Assembly (NCBI RefSeq): GCF_004010195.1
Contig: NC_057719.1
Span: 52,621,802-52,641,801, forward strand
DNA: 20,000 nt
Direction: 5' to 3'
Origin: Chiloscyllium plagiosum
Taxonomy: Eukaryota
Part shown: in pieces, positions 9,872-19,805 of the stretch
Layout of the letters: every line of letters begins with the position of its first letter
Position numbering within the stretch: the first letter of the stretch is position 1
Program-made: the position numbers and the translations under genes
The notes under the pieces: model-generated
Databases searched by the model: none
What the model was told of the DNA's origin: nothing
What the model saw: only the letters and a program-made list of their open reading frames with translations

Positions 9872-10316
9872 TTAGAACATAGAACATAGAACAATACAGC
9901 ACAGAACAGGCCCTTCGGCCCACGATGTTGTGCCGAACTTCTAACCTAGATTAAGTACCCATCCATGTACCTATCCAAATGCCGCTTAAAGGTCGCTAAT
10001 GATTCCGACTCTACCACTCCCATGGGCAGCGCATTCCATGCCCCCACCACTCTCTGGGTAAAGAACCCACCCCTGACATCTCCCCTATACCTTCCACCCT
10101 TCACCTTAAATTTATGTCCCCTTGTAACACTCTGTTGTACCCGGGGAAAAAGTTTCTGACTGTCTACTCTATCTATTCCTCTGATCATCTTATAAACCTC
10201 TATCAAGTCACCCCTCATCCTTCACCGTTCCAACGAGAAAAGGCCGAGAACTCTCAACCTATCCTCGTACGACTCCCTCTCCATTCCAGGCAACATCCTG
10301 GTAAATCTTCTCTGCA
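9872..10316 (-). mobile_element. Young, 5'-truncated CR1 3' end
   Basis: Reads QRRFTRMLPG...LGLFSLER*RMRGDLIEVYKMIRGIDRVDSQKLFPRVQQSVTRGHKFKVKGGRYRGDVRGGFFTQRVVGAWN. Tail (AGAACAT)n at ~9874-9892. Many CpGs are retained. Confidence 0.93.
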
Positions 10317-10840
10317 AAGCAGAGAAATGACATCCAGTGAGAGTGAGTAGACTGTTGTTGGGATGAGGTGAAGGAGCCTCTTGGCAAAACCACATCGTCT
10401 CCAACCTCATCCGTGTTGGCAGATGTCGTTGGTGATGGTGGGGAGGGCTAATGGAGGGGGGGGTGAAGAGGAGGAACTCAAGCGGCTGCTGCCTGCACCT
10501 GTCTTCAAAGGGACCACTTTCAAGAAGAGGTGGTGAGCTTTGCACCCAAGAGAGCATCACGAGGAGAGATCAGGGGCTTGTCCACACTTCCACCCACTTC
10601 CCCCTTGGCTCAAAGCTGAAGGCACTTGCTGAGATGCAAGTCCCTCAGTGCTGCCAGACTTCAAAATTCCTTTGGAGCTGCTTCTTGGGAGCTTTTTCTG
10701 ACAGTCAAGTTCCCACCTCAAATCATGCTCTCGTCTGTGCTCAGCAGAAACCAGTTTCCAAGACGGGACCAGTTATCCGCATCAAGTGCAAACACTTACC
10801 TGTTCTACCTCAGGAAGGTTGACTTCAACTGTGCCACGTA

Positions 10841-11052
10841 GTGTTGTGCTGGAAAAGCACAGCCAGTCAGGCAGCAGCCGAGGAGCAGGAGAGTCGATGT
10901 TTTGAGCATAAGCTCTTCACCGTGAATGTGATGAAAGGCTTATGCTTGAAACGTCGACTCTCCTGCTCCTCGGATGCTGCCTGACCACAGTACCACACCT
11001 TTCCAGCACCACACTTTTTGACTCTGATCTCCAGCATCTGCAGTCCTCAATT
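10841..11052. mobile_element. Penelope-like-element terminal sequence arranged as an inverted pair (hairpin, arms ~10841-10919 and ~10931-11014)
   Basis: The left arm 'gtgctggaaaag...gtcaggcagcagccgaggagcaggagagtcgatgttttgagcataagc' is largely the reverse complement of the right arm 'gcttatgcttgaaacgtcgactctcctgctcctcggatgctgcctgac...tttccagcac'. It is homologous to 19806-19895 and contains a degenerate hammerhead core. Confidence 0.75.
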
Positions 11053-11129
11053 TTTCCTTCAACTTGTGCCACCCCTACAACTGCCCAGCTAAGATCAACA
11101 TAGATGTTGTCTGGAATCTCAGTTCTGTA

Positions 11130-11570
11130 TGATTTCAAGTCCAGTTGCACACATTGGAGTCTCCTCTGGGACAGAAAAGACCTGTTCAAAGAGGATAGGT
11201 CTTACCCGAGCTGGAAAGGGACCCATATCTTAGCAGGGAGCTTTGCTCGTTCCACCCAAAGAGACTTTATACAGATAGAGAGGAGAGTGGAGGAATTACA
11301 AGTCATGGCGTAAATAGAAAGGTTGGTGGGGAAGGTTCTGAATGTGAAGAGAGCACACCAATTAGAAAAGAAAGAAAAGAGAGAATCAGGGTACATTGTA
11401 ACTCTGAAGAACGAAATTGCATTTATTTCAGTGCAAGGGGTCTTCCAGATAAGGCTGATAAACTCAGAGTGTGTTTAAGTACATGGGATTGGGATTTCAG
11501 AGCTTTTACAGAAACTTGGCTGAAACATGAACAGGACTGACAGCTCACTGTTCTGGGGTTTAGATTGTAG
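11130..11570 (+). mobile_element. Decayed CR1 fragment: ORF1 esterase C-terminus and start of the ORF2 endonuclease
   Basis: HWSLLWDRKDLFKEDRSYPSWKGTHILAGSFARST resembles the CR1 ORF1 SGNH C-terminus (DGLHL..GT.IL). CIYFSARGLPDKADKLRVCLSTWDWDFRAFTETW resembles the APE N-terminus (Y.NAR.L..K..EL...ITETW). Confidence 0.8.
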
Positions 11571-11925
11571 GGAGGATATTTTCCCAGGTTGGGGAGTTTA
11601 AAACCAGAGGACACAGTCTGAGGACAGGTTGTTAGGCCATTGAGGATTAAGATGAGGAAATATTTCTTCATGCAGAGGCTGGTCAGTCTGTGAAGTGTGT
11701 GACCACAAGAAGCTGTGGATTCCAAGTTGCTGATTATATTCAAGAAAGAGATGGATTTTTATGTTTAAGAGACAATGAATTGAATTGAATTTATTGTCAC
11801 ATGTACCGGGACACAGTGGAAAGCTTTGTCTTGTGAGCAATACAAGCAGATCACATAGTTATCACACAATGACTATGTGAAACGGAAGAACAGGCTGGAA
11901 GGACTGAATGGCCTATTTTTGCCCC
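11571..11925 (+). mobile_element. CR1 ORF2 C-terminus and 3' UTR remnant, interrupted at ~11776-11860
   Basis: Contains 'aaaaccagaggacacagtctgagg' (TRGHSLR), 'ttcttcatgcagagg' and the terminal 'ggctggaaggactgaatggcctatt'. Confidence 0.75.
11776..11860 (-). mobile_element. Short 3' end of a non-CR1 LINE (possibly Rex1/Babar-like)
   Basis: The minus strand ends '...gtacatgtgacaataaattcaattcaattca', an AATAAA followed by an (ATTCA)n tail. The family guess is from memory only. Confidence 0.45.
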
Positions 11926-12154
11926 AAGTTTCACCAATACAGAGCTCTGGACAGCCAATTCAGTCCTTCAGAAGTGCGGTCACATTGTAGTGTTGGGAAG
12001 TGTAGCAGTAAATTCAGGACGTCTCAAAATACTCCATAGCCAATTAATGAATTTTCAAATCTCACAACAATTGTCATATCAAAGGCTATAAATGTCAATT
12101 TGTTTCAAACTATGTACTGTATTTACCAGAATGGTTCTAAAGTGATTTGTTTTT

Positions 12155-12766
12155 ATTCATTGAGTATAAGGATAGGCAGGTTATGCTGCAGCTTTACAGA
12201 ACTTTCATTAGGCCACACTGGGAATATTGCGTACAGTTCTGGTCACCACATTCTCAGAAGAAGGGTGAATCTTTGGGGAGGGAACAGAAAAGGTTTACCA
12301 GGATGTTGCCTGATATGGGGGATTTTAGCTGTGAGGAAAGGTTGAATAGAGTTGATTTGTTTTCACTGGAATGCAGGAAGCCGATGGGCGACCTGGTCAA
12401 ACTTTATAAGATTGTGAATGGCATGGATAGAGTGGAAAGTATGAGGCTTTTTCTCAAGGTCGAAGGGTCAATTGCTAGGGGACACGAGTTCAAGGTGTGC
12501 GAGGGCATAAGTTTAAAGCAGATGTGTGAGGTATGTTTTTCACACAAAGGTGGGTGAGTGCCTGGACCAGGCTGCCAGAGGAGATGGTGGAAACACACAC
12601 TATAGCAGCATTCAAGAAGCATCTAGACCAGTACATGAATAGGTAGGGGATATAGGGAAATGGATCCCATGAGTGAAGACAGTTTTAGAATGGAAGGGCA
12701 AAATGTGTCAGTGCAGGCTTAGAAGGTCTCAGAGCCTGTTCCTGTGCTGTATTGTTCTTTGTTCTT
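12155..12766 (+). mobile_element. 5'-truncated CR1, ORF2 C-terminus and 3' UTR
   Basis: Reads IEYKDRQVMLQLYRTFIRPHWEYCVQFWSP...QKRFTRMLP...GDLVKLYKI...ARGHEFKV. Tail 'cctgtgctgtattgttctttgttctt'. Confidence 0.92.
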
Positions 12767-12897
12767 AATTCACGCACAGAAAGATCCCACAACCAGCCGT
12801 GAAACAAATGAGAAGACAATTTGTTCTGATCTTGCGATATTTGATACTGGCTCATACAATGCAGATGATATCAAATGCTGTCTGTCTCTTTCCCCAA

Positions 12898-13058
12898 AAG
12901 GGCAGTGAAAGCAGAGCCTTGAAATACTTTTGAAGGCAGAAGGCACTCTACTCTTGATGAGTAACGGGAGTGAGGTTATCCAGGATAGGCAGTACCTTGA
13001 GCAACCAGATCAACCGTGACCTTTCTGAAGGGCCAATTGACTTGTTCCTGCTCCTGAT
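12898..13058 (+). mobile_element. Old CR1 3' UTR remnant
   Basis: 'agggcagtgaaagcagagccttgaaatacttttgaaggcaga...cagatcaaccgtgacc...gaagggccaattgacttgttcctgctcctgat' follows the CR1 3' end layout. Confidence 0.5.
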
Positions 13059-13232
13059 CCAAGGGATGTTATGTAAACCATCTGGAGAGCAAACGGAACA
13101 GCAGTTAAATGTCTCTCTGCAAAGATGGCATTTCTATCCGAAACAGCAGCACCCTTTTAATGTTGCGTCCAACTGGTTTCTGGTGATCAGTCTCCAGAGG
13201 GGCATTTGGAACTACAGCTATCTGACACAGAG

Positions 13233-13813
13233 CCAACCACGACTTCTGGCTGCACGCCCTCCCCCTTAAGGATTCTGAAGACACGGTCTGGGACGTCTCG
13301 GACCCTAGCACCCGGGAGGCAACAAACCATCCGTGAGTCTCGCCCATGTCCACAGAACCGCCTGTCCGTCCCTCTAACTAGAGAGTCCCCTATAACTAGC
13401 GCTCTCCTCCTCTCCCCCTTTCCCTTCTGGGTCTCAGGGGCACAGACCCCTTCACTGCAGCTTACACCTGCAACGCTGTCCCCCCCAACAGTTTCCAAAG
13501 CTGTATATTTATTTTTTAGGGGGACGACCACAGGGGAACCCTGCACTGCCTGCTTCTTCCCCTTCCCACCTCTAACTGTTACCCAGCTACCTCTGTTCTC
13601 CGGCGTTACTATGTCCCTGTAGCTTCTATCAATCACCCTCTCAGCCTCTCGAATAATCCTCAGTTCATCCAACTCCAGTTCCAGTTCCCTAACTCGTTCG
13701 GTGAGGATCAGGATCTGACTGCATTTCCTGCAGACGAAGTCGGCAGGAGTATCGGTGGTCACCCCTACCTCAAACATCCTGCAGGAGGAACATTCCACCG
13801 CCTACGCTGCCAT
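13233..13813 (-). pseudogene. CR1 ORF1p fragment: zinc finger/leucine zipper plus first half of SGNH esterase; stop at codon 4
   Basis: ATG at 13813 gives MAA*AVECSSCRMFEV...FVCRKC (CxxC...CxxC), a heptad region LTERVRELELELDELRII, and esterase blocks ALVIGDSLVRG and CLPGARVRDV. It is truncated before the N and DxxH blocks. Confidence 0.88.
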
Positions 13814-14000
13814 GACTGTACACTTTCTCCAAAAACAAGAACACTGAGTCAATAACACTGAGTGACTTACCTGTGGACTTTAAAGTTAGGTTAGAGGAGG
13901 CCATACGGAAGTAGGACCTGGGGTCTAGAACACACCCACTCAAATACTAATCACTTACCTTCCCGCCCAGCTATGCGCTCCAACCTCACTTCCGCTTGGA
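13233..14000 (-). mobile_element. 5' portion of a young CR1: 5' UTR plus ORF1 N-terminal part, 3'-truncated
   Basis: CpG-rich; contains ORF1 (next feature). Similarity ends abruptly after 'QPEVVV' at ~13233, with no ORF2 or tail downstream. Confidence 0.88.
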
Positions 14001-14374
14001 TTAGTTTTAGGACTAGGGAACAGATCCATCCATTAGGTTTAGTCAAGCTATTTAATGTTTAACTCTCCTGCCTGTAAGCTCAAATGACTCTCATCCTCTC
14101 AAGGTTTTGATGACATTAAAAGATTTATTCACAGCTTCACTGAAATCGTGGTCCAGAAGATTTTGTTTACCTTTGAAAATGTTCACTCAATTTCAAAACG
14201 TCTCCTGCGATGTTTTGTTTTTCTTGAGACAGTATTACCTGGTCCCAATACCAGCTCAATCCACAAGAAATGTCAAATGATTTTTGGGAACTATTTTGTT
14301 CCATTTCTTTTATCCATTTTACTGAACATAAATGAAATTAAGATTAGTTTTCTTTCCAAAATAAATTTAATTGT

Positions 14375-14470
14375 AAAAAAAGCAGAAATTGCTGGAGAAA
14401 CCCAGCAGGTCTGGCAGCATCTATGGAGAGAGAGCAGACCTAATTTTGAGTCTGGTGACTCATCATCAGG
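14375..14470 (-). mobile_element. Penelope-like terminal fragment with a degenerate hammerhead motif
   Basis: 'gcagaaattgctggagaaacccagcaggtctggcagcatctatggagagagagcag' has the same layout as 19806-19860. The minus strand reads CTGATGA-T-GAGTC-ACCA-GACTC-AAAA. Confidence 0.65.
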
Positions 14471-14589
14471 ATGTTTACAATATTATAGCACCTACTCTCA
14501 AGTCATTAGCGTCAAACACAATTTTAAAAGGCTTCACTAAATTAGTGATCACCTCCATTGGTTAATTTGTTAGGATTGTCTTAATTTTC

Positions 14590-15950
14590 TCAAGGATTGT
14601 TCGGCACTCTGCTGTACTGTCCTTGCCTGCTCTCATATTGCGTTGAAGTTAAACACACATTTCTGATAAAACCCAGAAATCTCATGGTTTCACATTTAAC
14701 TTTAGAAATGAAAAATTCTATCACAGCCTTACCTTTTGCTGTTCTCAGCAACACTTGATCTTGCCCTACAATATGTCTGAGATACGTTATCCTCACTTTT
14801 GCAAATGCACAATTGACAAGATTTATTACCAGCCCCCTGTGGCTGTGTAAACATGCCTTCTAGTTGCTTTACATTTTGGTCTAACTAAATTTCAGAGTTT
14901 GGCACTTTTTTTGATTTTAATCATACGTTTTTGAAACATGACTGGGACACTTGTAAATCCAATGGTGTCATTTGACATTGATCAAACTGAATTGGTGTAA
15001 CAAAGGCTGATATCTCCTTAACGTTTGATGTTAATAGTATTTGCCAGTAAACATTTGATAAATTAATCATAAAAAGAGATGAAGCACCACCAATCCTATC
15101 ATTACAATCTTCTAGCTGTGGAATTGGGCATGAATCAGTTTTCATTATAGCATGCAATTTTCTGTAATCTAAGCAGATTGCAGTTGACCCATTAGTTTCA
15201 GAACTAACATGGCCAAGAACTCCTTTAGTTACATTCACTCAGCAGATTCCTAACACGTATTAAATCTCTGTTTCCACTAGAGCCTGTTTTTCCTGACTTA
15301 TCAGATAAGATGACTGTTTTATTGTCACTAATTCCCTTACATGCTCATTATGTCTGGCTAACATAACATATCCAGATGTATCTCTACAGATTTCCTTGAA
15401 TTTCTCAAATAACATTAATAGATTGTCCTTTTTTAAAATACAAATGAATGATGACTAACTGTCTCAATATTTCTGTATTGTCTGGTCAAAGGTTTTGTCT
15501 ACCATTCCTTCCACTTCCCTCTTACTGTTCCTATTATCCTCTACTACTCTTAACTCCTGCTCTTTCTCATTGTCTTCCTTCAAAGAATATTGCTTTAACG
15601 TGCTCAACTGACATTACTGATTCTTCTACTTGCGGTCAGAAATATCTATCAGATAAATCACTGCTAACCCTCCTAATGGGCCACTGAATCCAGCTTTCAC
15701 AAGGTCACCTTGTAAAGGTTATAATACTTACACTTCATCCCCTGTTTGAAATGTTCCCATTTCAATATGTTGGTCTGCTCATTCTTTTATCTTTGCTGGA
15801 AGTTCTTCAAATGATCCTGTGCTACTTTACACACTTCTATGATTTGCTCTAAAATTATGGACATGCAATCCAATACTGAATATTTGTCTTTTTGTCTTAC
15901 AAACTTCTCCTTAATCAATTTTAAGACCTCTTATCTCATGAACATGATCA
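14590..15950 (-). mobile_element. Decayed Gypsy LTR retrotransposon pol: integrase C-terminus (~15950-15580) followed by RT (~15300-14590)
   Basis: RT reads ICLDYRKLHAIMKTDSCPIPQLEDCNDRIG...VYWQILLT...KEISAFVTP and ITYLRHIVGQDQV...MRFLG. The IN tail reads HEIRG / LIKEKF (~15940-15905), GDLVKAGFSGPL (15709-15674, GPY/F-like) and CQLSTLKQY (~15612-15586). Confidence 0.8.
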
Positions 15951-15969
15951 TGGATCAATGCAAAGTGAT

Positions 15970-17140
15970 TACATTTGATTGAATTATTTGAGGAAGTGAC
16001 AAGAAGGATTGATGAGGGTAGTGCAGTGGATGTTATCTACATAGATGGTAGTAAGGCATTTGACAAGGTCCCAGATGACAGACTAGCCAAAAAAGTAAAA
16101 AAACCTATGGGATACAAGGTTATATGTTGAATTAGATCCATATTTGACTTAATAACAGAAAACAAAAAGTAATGTCCAATAGCTGCCCTTGCAAATGGAA
16201 AACTATTTCATGTGATGTTCCACAGAGCTTGGTGTTGAGACACTTGGGTTTGTTCTATACATTAAGAATTTGGACTTGAATATGGGGAATGCAATTGGGA
16301 AATTTGCAGATGACACAAAAATTGTCCATGTAGTGTACAGTGTAAGCTCCAAAGTGATATAGATGGGTTGGTGGAGTTGGCATGAAAGTGGCAGATGGAG
16401 TTCAACTCTGCTAAGTATGAGGTCCTGCATTTAGGGAGGTCAAACAGTAAAAGGAAATATACAATAAACAGGAGAATATAAGAGGGTAGATGACGTGAAA
16501 AACCTTGCAATATGAGTGGATAAAGCTGTAAAGAAGGCAGAGATACAGAATTCCAAAGTAGGGATATAGTGATGAAATTATTTTAGACACTCGTGTATTG
16601 TGTGCAATTCTGGTCACCACATTAGAGGAAGAATGTAATTGCTCTGGAGAGCATGCATACAAGATTTACTAGAATGTTGCCAGGCTGGAGAATTGTAACC
16701 ATGAGGAGAGATGGGACAGGTTGGGGTTGTTTTCTTTGAAACAGAGAAGGCAAAGGAGTGACATGATTGAGGTATTCAAAATAGTGAGGAAGTAGAGATA
16801 GAATAGACAGCAGAATACTGTCCCTTGGCAGGGAGTTCAAAAACCAGGTGTCATTGATTCAAACTAAATGCAGAAGGATTAAAAGGGATGTGAGGAAACT
16901 CATGTTACACAGAGGGTGGTGGGTGTATCGTATTCATTGTCTGAGTTGATGATGGAGGCAGAAACCCTAAACTCTTCTAAAATGTGCCTGGATCTGAACC
17001 TTAAGTGCTGCAAGCTGCAAGGCTAGGGGCCATGTGCAGGGAGATAGGATTAGAAAAGGCATCTGGATTGTCTTTGGGTCACCTTGGACAAGATAGGTCA
17101 ACTGACCCCTTAAATGTTGTATCATTTCTATACTTCAATC
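15970..17140 (+). mobile_element. Older 5'-truncated CR1 (RT to 3' end) inserted into the Gypsy element
   Basis: Reads LIELFEEVTRRIDEGSAVDVIYIDGSKAFDKVP, KFADDTK ('aaatttgcagatgacacaaaa' ~16300-16320), WQMEFNSAK, CVQFWSPH and RFTRMLPG. Many indels. Confidence 0.9.
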
Positions 17141-17149
17141 TGATGAGGA

Positions 17150-18300
17150 GGTTGTGGGGTATTCTCAGCTGCCCTTACTTCACCTCGGCTGCTTGTCCGA
17201 CTTTCATTCTCCCATCCTATTTTCTTTCAGCGGTTCTGGGAGTGACAGATAAAAAGATGCTATTTTACAGATAAACACATAATCATTCACCATTGTTGAT
17301 GCCTATCCAGCAGTTCACCACAGGTGCTAATTACACACGGTAGTGAGTTTTAAGTTTCTTCCAATAGAATTATTTCTGAGTGCTTGCCACATGGTAGTTT
17401 CTCCTATGCTCATATCCACCTGTCAAAATTAAGTACATTTTTATCATATAATAATTCCTAGAAACCTCCTTTAATACTGATGCTTACATTTTGTGCAATC
17501 TACCAATCACATTTACTTTGTATGAAGAGTTTCCTCTTTATCTTGAAGAAATTTATTTGTTTTGGTATTTTCTCAAATGATGTGACAAATGACTTCCCAT
17601 CTGTTTCCTTAATTATGGTAGGGCCTGTACAAATTTAAATGTTTCCTTCCTGTGCTTTAGATTCTGACAAAAAATTTCCCTGACAGGCGCTGCCTCAGCG
17701 TCAGACATCTTTTTTTAACTGCATCATTTTAATCCAGTATTCTCTTATCCCTGTCCTCCTTTGACCTTTGCAATTCTCTTTCTACTTTTCTAAACATTTT
17801 TCTTTACCTTTCCCGTCTCTCTGAAATACTCATTGTGTTTTTTTTTCTGAAATTCAAGTCTTTTAAGATATTTCACCATCTCTAGCTCAAGTGTTCAAGC
17901 TGTTTTAACTGTAATTGAATCTTGGCTAACTCTATTGACCCGTCAATGTTCCTTCTAAGCTGTGATGCTGTGCAACTGCTTTGTGCACATTGATTGGTGT
18001 GCTGATGCACAGTTTCCACTTCTAGAAGCTTCTGCCTTACACATAGAGCTTGCAGGTCTGTATAGCAGTGAGAAAAATGACAAGGAATATTGCTCTCCAT
18101 TCTGTGTACTTAATCCCTCCTGTCTTTCAATCAGTACCAGATGCTTCACACATAGTTCAATTACCACTGCCTGCTTAGCTTTGACTCTAATTAGCTCCAC
18201 CTCTAATTTGTTCACCAATTCCTCCGACACAGCTTTTATTAGGCCTTTTCAGTGTTTTATGGATAATTCCTCTAACTGCAGGATGGATCTAATGTTATCA
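17150..18300 (-). mobile_element. Decayed Gypsy gag region
   Basis: Minus-strand pieces read EELVNKLEVEL...KHL, SIELAKIQLQLKQLE, an E/R/K-rich coiled coil (~17860-17750), KFVQALP...FVTSFEKIPKQ (~17640-17560) and ILLEET*NSLP (~17372-17339). These resemble vertebrate Gypsy gag motifs. Confidence 0.65.
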
Positions 18301-18387
18301 TATTTTAAATGAGAGACCTGATATTTGCCATTTTATCCTTTACTCCTTACACTAACTTCATATCCAATCTTATGTACAAAGGTAATT

Positions 18388-18412
18388 GGACCTATGAGCC
18401 CTGAATTTTTGT
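18388..18412 (-). other. Possible degenerate primer-binding site and 5' LTR end of the Gypsy element
   Basis: The minus strand reads ...ACA AAAA TTCAGGGCTCATAGGTCC, loosely similar to a tRNA-Pro PBS (TGGGGGCTCGTCC), and sits upstream of gag as expected. Several mismatches; no second LTR was found. Confidence 0.3.
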
Positions 18413-18551
18413 CATAATTTCACTGGCAAGTGTGCATTAGTAATCATGCCCCACTATTTCGCAAGCTGTCACCAAATGTAAAAATGTAGCAAATCCTAAT
18501 GAGGCCATGAAAATGAAGACATATTTAATGACTCCTGTTTGGGACTAAAGC

Positions 18552-18687
18552 CTTATTATCAAGGGTTTCAAGGGTTATGGAAGAAATTGGGAGAATGGGG
18601 TTGAGAAACTTAGCAGCCATGATTGAATGATGCAGCAGACTCGATGGGCTGAATGGCCTAATTTCAGCTCCAATGCCTCATAGTCTA
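18552..18687 (+). mobile_element. CR1 3' UTR fragment
   Basis: 'caagggttatggaagaaattgggagaatggggttgagaaacttagcagccatgattgaatg...gactcgatgggctgaatggcctaatttcagctcc' follows the CR1 3' end layout. Confidence 0.75.
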
Positions 18688-19805
18688 AAATTACTTCACA
18701 CCAAGGTTTCTTCAGTAATAGGAGAAAAAGACTATTTATTTTGACACATTAATCTTTAATAAGAGCAGTGTAAAGATATAATTTCCACTTTATGAGACTT
18801 AAGTTATACTGCTCAAAACATACATTCAGTGACGATTAAGACTGACAAAAGACATGGTTTTGACACATATATGATGATGGAAAAAATATATACACAGGGT
18901 AAATAAAACTCCAAAGATCAGAAGTCCAGACAATAGCTGGAAAGTTAATTTTCTCAAAATCCTTTTGATTTTTGTATGAATTATTTAAGCTATCTTGTTT
19001 TCCTGAATATTCCCACACAGAAGAAGAGGAAAGGGAGAGAGAGGTGACTTCTGTCTTCAAGCTCTGAACTTTTTTTCTGCAGCTCTTGACAGTTACTAAT
19101 TTTTAACACCCGACAACTCAATTAATCAATGGGCTGTCTTCAGACAGACTTTCCTTAATCCAAAGGAATCTTTGTGCGTCTCAGTCTTATATTCATCTTC
19201 TGACTTCTTGTAAAAATTAACCTTGTATCACACAGCTCAATAATATGTGATTTTCAAGTTGCAAATCTCAATTGGTATTTCGGTTATGGCAATCTAACTT
19301 CTATTTCAGTTTATAATCACGAAAAGGAAAATACGTGTTTATTTGATAGAAATAGTTTCCTGTAAAATTGATTGTTCCAGAATACTCTTCAGTTGAAGAT
19401 TATCTGAATAGATTGTGTCTGTAGTATTACCTCTCATTAAATTATTTGTCAATTTGTTCATTTTGAAATTAAGGTATATGCAAATATTGTTCATTGCTGC
19501 AGTGTGGTAAACATATCACTCCTTGTTTTTACTCTCATTAGGTCCGATGTTGGGAATTCCATGTATAATCATAAACAAAATGAAGGTCAGGGTCAAACAA
19601 ATTTGCTAAATATCCAAGAGGTTCTCACGGTGGTGTTGCCTGCAATCAGAGATTTCAATTTGTCATTTATTTTCTTCAATACAAAATTATTATTAATGCC
19701 AATACCTGAAGCTTTCAATTGCAATAATCCAGAGTTCTACTGCTTCATATCAAGATATGTAATAGCTTGCAAAGATTGCATCAGATTATACTTATTCTCT
19801 AGCTG

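Larger units (their letters stand above)
11935..13232 (-). mobile_element. Fragmented old Deu-domain SINE (SacSINE1/AmnSINE-like); pieces ~11935-12016, 12767-12830, 13059-13232
   Basis: Collinear blocks are 'acagccaattcagtccttcagaagtgcggtcacattgtagtgttgggaagtgtagcagtaaatt', 'cacgcacagaaagatcccacaaccagc', 'gggatgttatgtaaaccatctggagagcaaac...ttaaatgtctctctgcaaagatggca' and a decayed tRNA-like head 'gtctccagaggggcatttggaactacagctatctgacacagag'. Assignment is from recalled consensus. Confidence 0.5.

Noticed and set aside
10222..10560. 112-aa ORF fusing novel sequence to CR1 ORF2
   Set aside because: Chance read-through across the CR1 truncation point at ~10316; it ends at a stop inside the CR1 and the N-terminal part is low-complexity.
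13206..13622. 138-aa plus-strand ORF; likewise 4189-4398, 4598-4828, 8848-9240 and 9965-10159
   Set aside because: Antisense shadows of CR1 coding sequence.
18410..19200. Full 5' LTR of the Gypsy element
   Set aside because: The position is plausible, but no partner LTR exists in the window and the far boundary cannot be defined.
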